Source: Lingula anatina (lineage: Eukaryota > Animalia > Brachiopoda). From it: DNA of 64,000 bases. How positions within the stretch are numbered: position 1 is the stretch's first letter; the number at the start of each line of letters is the position of its first letter. Location of the stretch: NCBI GenBank assembly GCA_051362555.1, contig CM120643.1, positions 5,332,001-5,396,000 of the forward strand. The letters are read 5' to 3'. The position numbers and the translations under genes were made by a program. A model generated the notes under the pieces. That model did not search any database. It was not told the DNA's origin and saw only the letters and a list, made by a program, of their open reading frames with translations. This document shows positions 26,110 to 39,050 of this stretch, piece by piece.

Positions 26110-28859
26110 TCAGACTCTTGTAATTTCTCCATTCTGTTGCTGCTGCAAGGCCTTACAGTAATACTTCTTGTGAGCAATAAATGTGGCTAAATACAAAAAG
26201 GTAATGTCACACTGCTTGCAATACTTTGGACTATTTTTATCATTCTTCAATGCTACCAAGTCCATCAAAGCCTCTGTGGATTTGTGGTTTTGATTTGTAT
26301 CATTTAGTTGACAAAGTAGAGAATCCTTTTTTCCTTTCTCCTTCTCCAAAATCTCAGTATTATTACCTTTAAAAATGGAAGAACTGTTTGAAACATTTTT
26401 ACTTTCAAACGTTTCAGCATTGTCTCCTTCCTCATCTAATGTCTCCATTTTTATATTTTCAGCTGAATCTTTGGCAATACTGAGTGAATCATGGTTATTT
26501 TCAGTTGGAGAACCTGAAGATTCTGCTACTTCATCTTCTTCCATGGTTGGCGCTCTCTCCTGACTTTGTAAATCTTCACCCATGTTCATGCCATTGTGTA
26601 GACTACTACCATCTTGAGAGTCAGTCAGACAGCCACTCAATTCTGGTTCTATCTTTATAACTAACTGCTCAGCATCATGATTACCTTTGTCATTCAATTG
26701 GCCATTTTCAAAAGAATTCTCATCTTTTTGACCTTCATGTGTGATTTTGACATGGTGCACAAGGTCACACTTGGCATTAGTCTTGAAATCACATGATTTG
26801 CAAGTGTATGTTGAAACTTCATGACTCCTAACGTGTTGGCGAAGTTTGCTGGTATCAGGAAAAACTTCCCCACATATTCCACACTCATGTGGAGGTTGCT
26901 TCCTCATTGGCTGTGGGAAAACATTCTGCTGTGCAACAATGTCATCAACCTTCTCATAGGCCTTCCTGGACTTTCTCCTTTTATATGGCTCATTTTTCAA
27001 TCGTAAGAGTTCTTCTTCTGAAATATCAGCTCTATGAATTGGACCCTGTGCGGCATGATGGAGTTGCTTTGGAATTTGGGGTGGTTCTTCAAATTCAGCC
27101 ATATTTTCATCTGTAAACTCTTCACCATTTTCAATATGCATTCTCCCATGCATACGCATGCCTCGCACAGTATTGCCACGATAACCACACAGTGTGCACT
27201 TAAATACTTTTGACGGTTCATGTGCTTTCATGTGTTCAATCAAACGATTGTCAGAAGGTCCAATGTAATCACAATACGGACACTGAAGGATTACAAGTGT
27301 TGAGGGATCAGATAAACAGGCATGCACAGTAAGCTGACGCTTTGAAGCAAAAACCTTGCCACAGATTCGACAGAATACTGGGTTATCATTGGTCTCACTT
27401 TGTGCACTCTTTGGACTGGTTTGCTCTTCTGGGTCTGGGGTGGTTGCTTCCTGGTTGACCTGAGTCTCACGGTATGGGCAGTAGAACTGCTTATGTGCAT
27501 CCAGCGTATCCATGCTGCTGAACCTGATCTTGCAGGGCTCACACAGATATTGTAACAGTCTTGCTGAGGTTCTGGGTGAAGTGTGATTTCTGATGGACTG
27601 AACTGACTGAACACTTTTGCCACCTTCCTGGTCTTCAGATTTAGATGCTGAACTTGGCTGGATGATCCTTTTTTTATTTGGTGATTTTGCAGGGATAGCT
27701 GGCATTACGATTTGGCCTATGGGCACTCTGGCATGGCGTTCTGAACAATAAAATTGCTTATGGGCAACATAATTCTCAAATTTATAAAAAACGATGTTAC
27801 AGTCCACACATTTGCACATGCCTGCCTTAAGCTGTATGGGTGAGGGGATTCCTGTGGGTGATCCAGGATGCCCACTTGTTGTTGCCAGTGAAGTATGCTG
27901 TTTGTTTCCCTCACTTAAAGACTCTGAAGATTTTTTAAGGCTCAAATCTTGTGGCTGGTCATCAGCTGTAGATAAACCTGATAAATTTCTGCTGCTAGAT
28001 TGCCTGCTCAAATTGAGGACATCAACATTTTCCACAGCACCAGGGCTTTCACCTGCTTTTTTTATGCTCAAATCTAATGGCTGTTCATCCCCCGACCCAT
28101 CTTCAGCTTTCTTGAGAGCCACCTGATTCTGGTGAGCTTGGACAGTGTTCTGCATGGCAGGCAAGCTGGGTACAAACACAGGCTGCATAATGACTGTAGC
28201 ACCAGACCCAGGCACCAATGGTGCTGTAAGCACCACTGTGTGAGGAGACATTCCAGTTGATGTGGGTGTTGCTATGGTGATGGTTGTCCCAGGTGACAGA
28301 AGAGGGTGACCTGGTATTAGATTGGATATATCTAATGTCGGGGGTGCAGGTGAAGCACCAGTGGGAGATGGCTGACTTCCTTGTTTCATGCGTCTTAAAC
28401 CACAGTAATACATCTTGTGTGCTTGGAATGTATCATACGATGTGAACTGGATATTGCACTCTTTGCAAAAACTGTTATCTTTTGGGGATGCTTTACCATC
28501 ACTGTCACTGCTACCACTGGTGCTGCCATCTTGCGCTGGCGACCCGTGTAACACCATATGGCGTTGTATTGCACTCTCAGTGTCTGCCTTAAAGGTGCAT
28601 TTCCCACACTCATACATCTTTGCACTGGGCGACCTTGATGCTGGTGACCTTGACCCTGAACTGCCACGACTGGACAACCTTGGTGATAAATTGCTGATGG
28701 GTGGCTGGCTGGGTATAATAATCATAGGGGGTGTGGGTGTTGTTGGTGCTGACATAAGAGGTGATGAAACTTCTCTCTTGATAATTTTTGTACTGGGTTC
28801 AAGGAGATCTTGAGAGGTTGCCATTCTCTTGTTTGGATTATTTGGCAGTGTTGACACAT
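26110..28859 (-). CDS. ZFPM: Friend-of-GATA/U-shaped (ZFPM1/2-like) zinc-finger protein, large terminal exon
   Basis: Four FOG-type CCHC fingers (CxxCxIxF...AHKxxYC), several C2H2 fingers incl. CGYRGNTVRGMRMH, CtBP-binding PLDLS and PQDLS, basic KRRKSRKAYE; acceptor ttcttccag at 28860. Confidence 0.93.
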
Positions 28860-29523
28860 CTGGAAGAATAAATAATTAACACTTAGAGTAAGTTAGAAAA
28901 ATACACTTTAAAAACCTGCCAACAGTAAAACATGCCCTTTAGTGAATTGTTCTGATTTATTTTTCTCAAATAATTTACCACCAATAAACTTGACAGACCT
29001 GAAATAAGAATAAAATCAGCCTTTTTTAAATATTCTATCTACAGGGTTTTAGCTAGCTGTTGTTTATATCCAGCAAAGCATGATTTTTATACCAATTCCA
29101 ACTATTACTAAAAACTATCTGAATTAAGCTCTGCAATTCCAGTCTTAAAAACCATGGTGCATTTGACACTGTGTTAAGTGCACAAAAATATAGCCAAAGA
29201 AAAATGAAAGTTAATTTGTTTACAGCAATTGAGTTGTTCAAAGAGAATCCCCTTACAATATAGTTAATATAAATGTCATTTTTACAATGTCCAACGGATT
29301 TATACTTTTAATACAACATTTAGCAAAACATTTCCAATATACTTTTTTACAGACACCAGGGAGCAAATTAAATCAAAAAAACTAGATGGCAAACACCAAC
29401 AGGCCTTGTCCTTTTCACCTCTTTGTTTATTTTCTAAAGTGCTCATTCCACACATCGTGACAAACATTTGATTCCTGTGCTTTACTATGGGGCAAAGGTA
29501 GTCTACATTCAACTCCTCCCTAC

Positions 29524-29661
29524 CTTCTGTGTGTTGCTGTGGTGACCTAGCAGGTGCTAGTGGTATTCTGGCTACTTTGGTACAGTAGAAGGTTTGGTGG
29601 GCCTCCAGTGTACTAGGACTGCTAAACCTCACACCACAAAATGCACACCCGTATATCAAGG
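29524..29661 (-). CDS. ZFPM: ZFPM/ush exon with first CCHC finger
   Basis: YGCAFCGVRFSSPSTLEAHQTFYC; phase 1/1, ag/gt borders. Confidence 0.9.
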
Positions 29662-29859
29662 CTGAAATAAACAACATTCATTGTAACTCAGGGTACAAAA
29701 AGTGGGTGAAATAGGTGCTTTGAAAAGAAAATACTTGCATAAAATAATATTTAGCTGCAAATTAAGTACTTACAGAGCAACTATTTTATGCCTGTTTATA
29801 TTCTGATCAATGTCTTATTATTTTGTTTACTATTGTTACACACAGTAGAAAGAACTTAC

Positions 29860-30141
29860 GATGAGCATTTTTTCCTGCAGCTGCTTTTGGAGACATTTTT
29901 ACTTTTATCACTTTGTCTGGACTAGACAGCTCCCTATTTACTGTTATGGTAGACATATTTGAACTTTCATCAACCTCTGACATTCCACCAGGCGTCAGTG
30001 TTTTATTTTTTTGCAAAGAACTAAGTTCTTCTTCTTCTTCTTCTTCCCCTGCTTCTGACAATGGAGAAGATGGTTGAAATATTCCAATCAATGTTTCATT
30101 CTCTTCAACTGGTTTGGTAAGTTCACACCATATCTGGCCAC
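29860..30141 (-). CDS. ZFPM: ZFPM/ush exon (end of PR-like domain + acidic linker)
   Basis: GQIWCELTKPVEENETLIGIF...; acceptor ttttcag, donor gtaagt; phase 1/1. Confidence 0.85.
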
Positions 30142-30524
30142 CTGAAAATTAAAGTTATGTAACAATTACTAGTTAATTTAGAACTGAAATAAATCTGTTA
30201 ATCTATTGAGCTAAACTTGTCAAATGTACAGACCAGTACCTCCAGGCAAAACAATACATAATACAAAAAGGATGTGTCACGGACATCTGCTTTAACTGCT
30301 TAAAAATCAGTTCAAAAAGTTTTGTCTTATGTCAAAATACCAAGGGTGAAGGCTATGTATTTGTATTTATATCAGTTTGTAGATTTGTTGTGGTTAATAA
30401 TGTTGTATGGTATTGTGTTACATAACATTTGAAAAATCAATGTTACACATGTAGTAATGTATTGCATGACACTGTATTTCTGCTTTGTAGGTTGTGCACT
30501 TTATTTTGCTGTGTTCATGTGCAA

Positions 30525-30797
30525 TGGGGGTCATGTTGATACTCCCCCGCACTGATACTCCCCTGCATCCATACGTCCCTGCACCAATAATCCCCCTTAG
30601 TAAATTTTTGTATTATGCGCATCGATACGACCCCACACCGATAGATCCCCGCTCCGATACTTCCCACACCGATACTCCCCCTCAGTAGCGATGAAGGGAA
30701 GCAATGATGTGGGGGAGTATCGGTGCGGGGAAGTATTGGTGTGGGGATGTACCGGTGCGGGGGAGTATCAGTGCGGGGACGTATAGGCATGTAACCG
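30525..30797. mobile_element. MITE-like inverted repeat built of ~16-bp subrepeats (ccgatactcccccgca)
   Basis: Tandem units on the left, reverse-complement units on the right. Confidence 0.65.
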
Positions 30798-32811
30798 TGC
30801 AATGTGCCTAGGTTCAACATACTAGTAATGTGTCACAGGAAGTTAGTATTGAAATTCAGGCATTTTTTAAAACTTATATTTAAATGCGGTAAAAATATGT
30901 GAAGCATTAATGATCAGTTACAGCAAAATCACAAACAAACAAACACTTAATTTAAAGAATAGAGAACAAATCCGGAAAAAATCACCCTTAAAGACCAATT
31001 TACTTGACCTGCATCATTTTGGTCTAGATTTAACTCATAATATATGGCAACAATTTTCTGAGTGCAAAAATATATTATAGATATATAGATACACTGTATC
31101 TAGATAGACAAACACATTTATCTCTAAACACATAAAAGAACCTATTTCTCTACTATTTAGTAAATATTATATACAAATCTAGCATAAAACATTTTTTTCC
31201 TTGTTATACACTTTAAGTGTTCAATTTCTACAGTTCATTGAGCTGTACCTAACAAAGTTTTTGATCACAACTGGATGTCACTCTGAAACTGAGCACATAA
31301 GCAAAGACGACTACACACTGTCAGATGAATTTTCATTAAAATTTTTTTTCTTTTCAATTTCTTATTAATTCCAGTTACCTTTTTATCCAAGGCCTGATAT
31401 ATGTCATCTTCCCACTTCAGTGACAGGCTGCAGGATGATATTTACTACATAAAACATGCATATAACTGGATGTCTGCATCCCTATCTTTATTTCAACCAT
31501 GTCTCTAATTACAGCATCTATCTATTTCCTGCTTGGATTTATCATATTTTCCAGTTCTCTGTAAATTGTGTACCCTGGGCTGCCACACAAGGGCCTATCA
31601 CAGCAATAATATTAATGTGTATTGGAAAGGGTGATAGATTGAAAGTTATCTGTATAGGCGGCTGTCTGCCACAGCTTCTAACACAATCAAGACAGAATTA
31701 AGTTTCATGCATCTCTGACGTGCAACAGATAGCACCAGGCGAATATGTCATTATCCAATATTTTTATCAAAGGAGTGCAGTGCTGGCCTCCCAGCCCTAT
31801 TGATCTCCGTCTCTAATACTTATTATAGCATCAGGTGGTTTATTTCAAATCCTGAATAATTTGTTTTTAGTTCAATTATCTCTCAATGTGATTACAATTT
31901 TGCGTATCAAAATTCACAGACTTCTGCTGAAGGATTTTCAACCAGCAAATGAGTAGAATAGTTTTTCTCCTAATCAGAATACTTGAAATTAAGCCATAAT
32001 AGCGCCAAATGCCATATACATAAATTCTTGTACTGAAGATAAATCTCATTAACAGAAGGTATCTGTATCAAAACAGAAGAATAACTCAACACAGAACTCA
32101 AATGAAAAATAATAATAATTCACTTTTCAGTCTGTCTCATCTAACACATTCCTACTAGTATGCTTTCCACAAAAGCAACACATATGATACCATTACTTCA
32201 GCAACTGAAAGAATCAATAAACTTTGCAGCAAGATTGTTTTAGCAAAAAATTGAAATCTAGCCTCTCCCCAATTATAAAGTACACAATTTCTAGCAAGAC
32301 AGCCATAAAAAATGGAGTGGTCCGGTAATTAGGTGCTGATCAAAAATGGCCATCCTATTCTATCTGATATCAGCCTGTCAATATTTGTGCAACTAAGACA
32401 AATTATCTTTTCTCTCTCTAGCAGAATTTCCAGGAATGAAAGAAATTGATTATGTCTAAAGCCTAACCTTTGGGGCATATTGACATATGTCACTGATGAC
32501 AAATGCCCTATCCTGAACTTAGATTAAAAGTTTTTCATACTAGTAATCTTTCATGCTTAAAATTTACATAGTTCTTACTATACCCCTTTACATTCTCACA
32601 TATATATAAACATACCAGTATTGCTGAACTATGTTAAGTGGATTTCTTAACAAGGCACTTATTTCACCTAAAGCCCAGGGTCTATTGTCATGTTTTGTGA
32701 TTACAAAATCATGAGCAGTTTCTGACATGTTGTACTAATATAAAAATTAAAATCTACCTAGGAATACTAATATCATCTTATGTGTGCTGTCCTAGACTTT
32801 TACAAAGCAAC

Positions 32812-32830
32812 TCCCTCTCTCTCTCTCTTT

Positions 32831-32866
<36 letters not shown>

Positions 32867-33307
32867 CCAAGACCTTCTCTCTCTCTTTCTCTCTCCTTAG
32901 ACTCCCTCCCTCCCTCTCTCTCTCTCTCCTCAGACTCTCCCCCCTCTCCCCTCAGACTCTCCCCCCCCTCTCCCCTCAGACTCTCCCCCCTCTCCCCTCA
33001 GACTCTCCCTCCCCCTCTCCCCTCAGACTCTCCCCCCCCTCTCTCCCCTCAGACTCTCCCCCCCTCAGACTCTCCCCCCCCCTCTCTCCCCTCAGACTCT
33101 CCCCCCCTCTCCCCTCAGACTCTCCCTCCCACTCTCCCCTCAGACTCTCCCCCCTCTCTCCCCTCAGACTCTCCCCCCAGACTCTCCCCCCCTCTCTCCC
33201 CTCAGACTCTCCCCCCTCTCCCCTCAGACTCTCCCCCCCTCTCTCCCCTCAGACTCTCCCTCCCCCTCTCCCCTCAGACTCTCCCCCCCCCCCTCTCTCC
33301 CCTCAGA
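32812..33307. repeat. (CT)n grading into a C-rich ~20-23-bp minisatellite (ccctcagactctccccccctct)
   Basis: Direct reading. Confidence 0.95.
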
Positions 33308-34009
33308 CAGAGACCTACACAGACATATGGCAGCATAATTATAATGCTCTTTCTTCAGAATTCAATAACTGGTTTAGTTCCTCAAAACTTAAAATGTTTG
33401 AGGCAAATGGCAATATAAAACATACATGTCAGACCTGTTCCAGTTGATAAGACATGTTACTTTGTTCTGACCCGTTGGCAACATTACCTAACACTGATGG
33501 ATGTGACACCGTGTTTCATTCAGTCTTGGATTACACCTCACTGTGATCATGAAAAACAAATGTCACTGATGAACCTTACCTTTTTTTTAAATTTTATGTT
33601 TGCCTCACCTTTTGTTGTGAAACCCTTCTAATGACCCTAACAATCTTAAACGATTACAAACATTCACACCATATTTTTCCCACCTGGTAAATTTCTGGCT
33701 ATTGTAATGTCTCCCTTGTTCCTCTTCTTCAGTGGACTAAGATCTTTTAACACTGACAGAAAAAAAGCATCAGTTCATTCATGCACTAGAATGTTTCTTC
33801 ACCAAAAAGGAAACAGGAACTGTCATTGGCACTCCTTCAGCCTCTGAGTACATATACATGCACATAAGGCTTTGTCAGTTTACAAGTATACCACAGAATC
33901 ACTGATTCACATCTGCTCTCTGAATCTGTTATCTATCACCACCCTCCAGTTCTACAACACATGATCATTGGTCCCAAATTTCTTGATATCCTAGTTACTT
34001 CTCATGTTT

Positions 34010-34710
34010 GAGCTTATCACTCAGTGGTTAATCAGCCATGTAGAACTTTTTCAATTATTACCGCCACATCTGTTGCCCAGAGATAAGGCAGCATGTACGA
34101 AGTTGAAAGATTCCAATGGGAGAAATGACTTGAAGTTGGCTCCTATTGGCAATCAGCAGGAAGGCACGCAAGCAACAGAGGGGGGATATCTCCCTCAGTT
34201 TGTTGAGTATCAGAGAAACGTCAAAAATCTGGTTGTCTAATAAACAAGCAACACACTGCAACTTTTGTGAGTCACTGCTGGCTTAGCTATCTTCCAGGCA
34301 GCAAATGAAGTATTAACACAGATAACAAGAAGCCATATCTGGAAAGATCATAGGGAACGCCTGTTCCATAAGACGTACATTTGCATAATCATCCACGATA
34401 AGCTGTTATGAAGATTGAAGATAAATAGCTGTAGTTGGACTCTGAGATAAGATAAAAGTTGAAGTGGATTTCTATCTTAAGAATACTGGTGCAGGCATGC
34501 ACGCATCCATCAAGATAACACTACTCCTATCGCAACTTCTCAACGTCAGAAACTTAGTAACCTGACAGCGCTTCTACGATAAGGCTGCTTTATCAGTGGA
34601 GCTACTTCAAGTCTTGATGAATACACAGCAATAAACTCACTCTAATCTTGTCCCACATAAATGCCACAGAGAGTCCGTATCTTAGTTTGGCAAGTCTTAA
34701 GATAATGAGT
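34010..34710. promoter_or_regulatory. Candidate intronic GATA-dependent enhancer of ZFPM
   Basis: About 11 WGATAR motifs (either strand) in 700 bp by hand count. Confidence 0.55.
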
Positions 34711-34909
34711 GGAAATACTCCTAAAAGAGACTAACATAAATTCCAACTATATGCATGCTATACATCATATATCTTCTTCTTTCCATTTCAATAAATTTCC
34801 TCACAAGTATCCTTCTAGCTCTCTACATAATCAATTGCAGATACATGTACCTTTCCCATAATTTAGTATTATCAAAATCAACTTTATCAAAAAGCAAACA
34901 TTGCAACAA

Positions 34910-34913
<4 letters not shown>

Positions 34914-34994
<81 letters not shown>
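34914..34994. repeat. (TA)n microsatellite
   Basis: Direct reading. Confidence 0.97.
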
Positions 34995-34997
<3 letters not shown>

Positions 34998-35722
34998 ATC
35001 ATTCAACATTCATTTGTGATGCATTACTGTTATTAGGTGTATCTTCTTTAAACTCTGTTGGATATCATGACAGTGGTATTGTGAAGTTCACCAAGCCAAG
35101 TGTTATCAACAACACCAGGGCTTCAGCTCTGTCATCATCAGAAGGGAGACATCTTTCTTCTCATCTGTATCACTGGAGTATCTATTAGGAAATCTTGGAA
35201 ATAAGGACCAAATAAATGCATGATGCTTATTCCTTTATACTCAAACAGGCAAACTTTAGATACATTAATATACCATGATCAGAATCTGATAATAGTTTGA
35301 GATATGGAGATTTGTTAATAAGTCATAAAGATAGCAATAATCTCAATTATCTTGTGTTATCTATTTCATGTTTTAATTTGTTTGTATTATCAATTTTCTT
35401 TGTTGACAACAGATGTGCTGTGCATTAAAAAAAATGTATCTAAATTTCATCATTATCTTGGAATAAAATGACAGTCAATTTGTACTCTCAAGGATATTCC
35501 TATGGATCATCCATTTTCTAGCTTATAGACATACAGGCTGTGAAGGAATCTCTGCAAAAACCTCACACTTAACTAATTTTCTGGGGTAAATGATATTTTG
35601 CTACATCTAACCAATTTATGATCCTTATTTTCTGACATTCACTCCGACTCCATAATAATCTGGACAAAATGAAATGTTCTTAGCACACATATGTGCACAC
35701 ACGCATGCACACACATACATAT

Positions 35723-35756
<34 letters not shown>

Positions 35757-37320
35757 GGGTGCAGTGAGGCACTGATCTTCTCCTCTACTATGTATACACA
35801 CCTATAACAGTTGTGGACCATCAACACATGCATTAAGCACTTCTGCTGTAGACCTTACCTTTGGCTGGATATCTTAATCCTATATAAATCCTACAAGGGA
35901 CTCTCACCTGCAATATCTCTTTAAATCTTTATTCCTCTACATTCCAACAGAACAAAAAGATTAAAAGCTTTTATAGTTCAAGTCCAAATAATCACCATGA
36001 TTCCAAAATTTCAATGTCAATTTCAAATAAGTAAATTTTCACCTATCTGGACTGACATCATTTTTACCACTGACATAATATTATATGTACATTGAGGCAC
36101 TGCAGGCTTCTTACAGTAATCATGATGCCACATTTCATTCCTTCTGCCTGGCCACTATGAGAAGTAGCCTAACACTGTCACCCTCTGGCCTTTTCTCAAT
36201 CTAAGTACAATTTTATTTATTGCATTTTATGGATTAGCACTGGGACACAATATAAAAAGTTGAAAATTTACTACTTAAATGGAATGACATCAAAATATTG
36301 CATCAGAATTATTGCTCCCTCCACAGTATCAGACTAATTATGTCTGGCTTTGCAGAGATAGGGATCAGGGTGATAAGTCATGTCAATTAGCTATCTACTA
36401 ATAAATGAAAAGTTTCTCCATCACAAGGAAAGTTCAATTTCATTTTCATACACTGCATGCAAGAATAAAGTATAAATGCATTCAATGGTCCACAGCTATC
36501 TTTCTCATCTTCTATATGTTGCACACACAAAACTATACATCTGTAACTTTAATTCAAAAGCAATTTTCAGCATCAGACATCGATTAGAATCAGATATGTA
36601 TACTTGATATATTCAAGATAAAGATTAGATTAAAAGTTTATTTCATCCACGATTCTAATTTGAAATGTTACATGTGAAAAATCCAGTACCCTTCATAAAA
36701 TTACTACTCAAATTTAACAAAGAGGAAGAAGCTATCTTAGACAAATTACACATAACACCTCAGTTATGCACACAAATAATAAACAGCAAAAAGTAATTGC
36801 TCACAGGGCAAGGACTTGCAAATTATAGCACACTTAATTCAACATCTTAGTTGCCTCACATAACTGATGTTTAACACACACTGCTGCAATGCACTCTGTT
36901 TTTTCAGGAATATGTGACAACTTGGATTTAAATTTAGCAGCAAGTTTTGTGCTTCTCATTTTTTTATTCCACAATAACCATAGAAATTAAATGAAAACCA
37001 AATAATGAAATAATAAAGTATTCAGAATCATCCACCCCCAGGGACAGCACAACCCCTTGGCAAACTAAATCCCACTCTGCCCATGCACACCCTTTATAGT
37101 AGGTCTGGAAATATCCAAAGTTTCAACTTCATTCACTCTCTAATCTAGAATTTAGCAGTTAGCATTATGAAAAAAATCTAGAAAAATCAACTCCCACTGC
37201 CTCCCTAAGGGACAGCCCCCAAGGTGCCCATGCACTAGTCTGATTATAATTCTATCAGTACCAAAAATCCTTCACCCTAATGGTATAAAAGATAGCAGAA
37301 ATTACCATTTAATTTTTTAA

Positions 37321-37535
37321 GGCTCTGTTCTCACAACTTTTAGATCGATCTATCACCGCGGGGAGTCTCACTAGATTACTGTCAGATAATCCCCCTTAAG
37401 TGTCCGTCCCCGCCTACTACAAGCTTTAAGGGGTAATTAACTTTCGTGTCCGCCCGGCTGACAGCTATTTAGCGTGAACTCCCAGGGAGTTAGGTCGATC
37501 CAATGTAGGTCGATCTAATCTATGAGAATGGGGTG
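37321..37535. mobile_element. PIF/Harbinger-like MITE copy 1 (215 bp)
   Basis: TAA on both sides, imperfect TIR, near-identical copy at 38836-39050. Confidence 0.78.
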
Positions 37536-38450
37536 TAAGAATTAAGAATCAGTTCCCCCCCCCCTCTCAGGGACAGCACAACCCGTTGTTGGACTAAAAA
37601 ATCAAATCAGTTCATTCTGCATCTATTATCTATCTATAAGAATTTTTTTGGCAAGTTACTAAGTATTTAAGGATTTCTTCTAAGACTTGTCTTCTTTCAG
37701 TATCATGTTCAAAATGAGCTGTTTTTAAGACTTTACTTGACACGTTTGATGCTGGCATAAGGAAGGGTGTAATATGCAGTGTGATCAAATTACTATTAGA
37801 GTTGCAGCATTTTTACCTACAACTGATTGCTTTTGGGTTCATCAAAAATTGGAAGATTTATATCATAAGGTACAATATCTATGCAGACTTTATCAAATAA
37901 AGTGAAGTCTGTTGCTCCCTAATTATGAGTGTACAAGCTGTCTCTAAAGTAGTTCCACTTCTAATCAAATCAGAATAAACACATCTCCTGACTTCTTCAT
38001 CATCCCATTTTAAAACAATAATAAGACATCACCTTTCATCAACATAGCATTCATACAACTGAGTTAATTATGATAGCCTGAAAATTAAAATTCATATCAT
38101 CTTTCACCAATCTGTCATTCATTTGGTTGAGTGTATCATAGCAGCCTGACAAAACATGAAATTGCCTATATGCTCTTTCCCCATAATATAATTTAATTGC
38201 ATTGAGACAAAAGGGTAACGTTTCTATACAAAATAAAACAAACAGCAAAGTTGTAAAATGTAAGGACCAAAAAGCAAATAATGATACACTGAATAGGTTA
38301 TTTTGTCAATTTGATGTAATTTCATATGATGCTTAACACAGAAATCAACACCAAATTTTAACAAGATTAAATGGGAGCTATGGAAGTATCTTCTTTAGTT
38401 GTAGAGAAATATGGGCCAGTAAATATGCAAAGGGCAATTAATGTTGAAAA

Positions 38451-38835
38451 TTAAAGATGCATACAAAGTCAATTTTTTGTCACAAAAACCAACCAAATGC
38501 CAGCATATAGTTTCAAATAGTATAACTAAGAGAATTACCAAAAGGCATTGTTTAATTTTACCCGAAAATGATGTTTGAACAGATTTTTCTGCTGGCATTC
38601 TAAGCTGTATGTCAATGGGGCAGGAAAGTAGGTCACGGAAGTAGGTTAAATTTACAACCATAAATTTAAAGAAAGGAGCAGTCTAAAGGTCTTTTATGGC
38701 TGATCGAGTGATCTATTCAGTTTATCCCTTGGCATGTCGAATTTATTTGAGTCATATAAGAATCTAGTAGAAGTGGTTTACATGTGTTACTCGGAATCCA
38801 CACTCCACCAATACTCGGTTCGTATGTACCTTTAA
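38451..38835. mobile_element. TTAA-flanked MITE (Kolobok-like), copy 2
   Basis: Diverged reverse complement of 10018-10402, TTAA at both ends. Confidence 0.75.
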
Positions 38836-39050
38836 GGTTCTGTTCTCACAACTTTTAGATCGATCTATCACCGCGGGGAGTCTCACTAGATTACTGTCAG
38901 ATAATCCGCCTTAAGTGTCCGTCCCCGCCTACTACAAGCTATAAGGGGTAATTAACTTTCGTGTCCGCCCGGCTGACAGCTATTTAGCGTGAACCCCCAG
39001 GGAGTTAGGTCGATCCAATGTAGGTCGATCTAATCTATGAGAATGGGGTG
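38836..39050. mobile_element. PIF/Harbinger-like MITE copy 2 (215 bp)
   Basis: TAA on both sides; abuts the TTAA end of the Kolobok-like MITE. Confidence 0.78.

Noticed and set aside
26375-28813. Short ORFs overlapping the large ZFPM exon
   Set aside because: Antisense or alternate-frame shadows of a real coding exon.
32780-33447. 212- and 221-aa Pro/Ser/Leu-rich ORFs
   Set aside because: Translations of the CT-rich minisatellite; no stops arise because of composition.
34755-35188. ORFs with IYIYIY runs
   Set aside because: (TA)n microsatellite translation.
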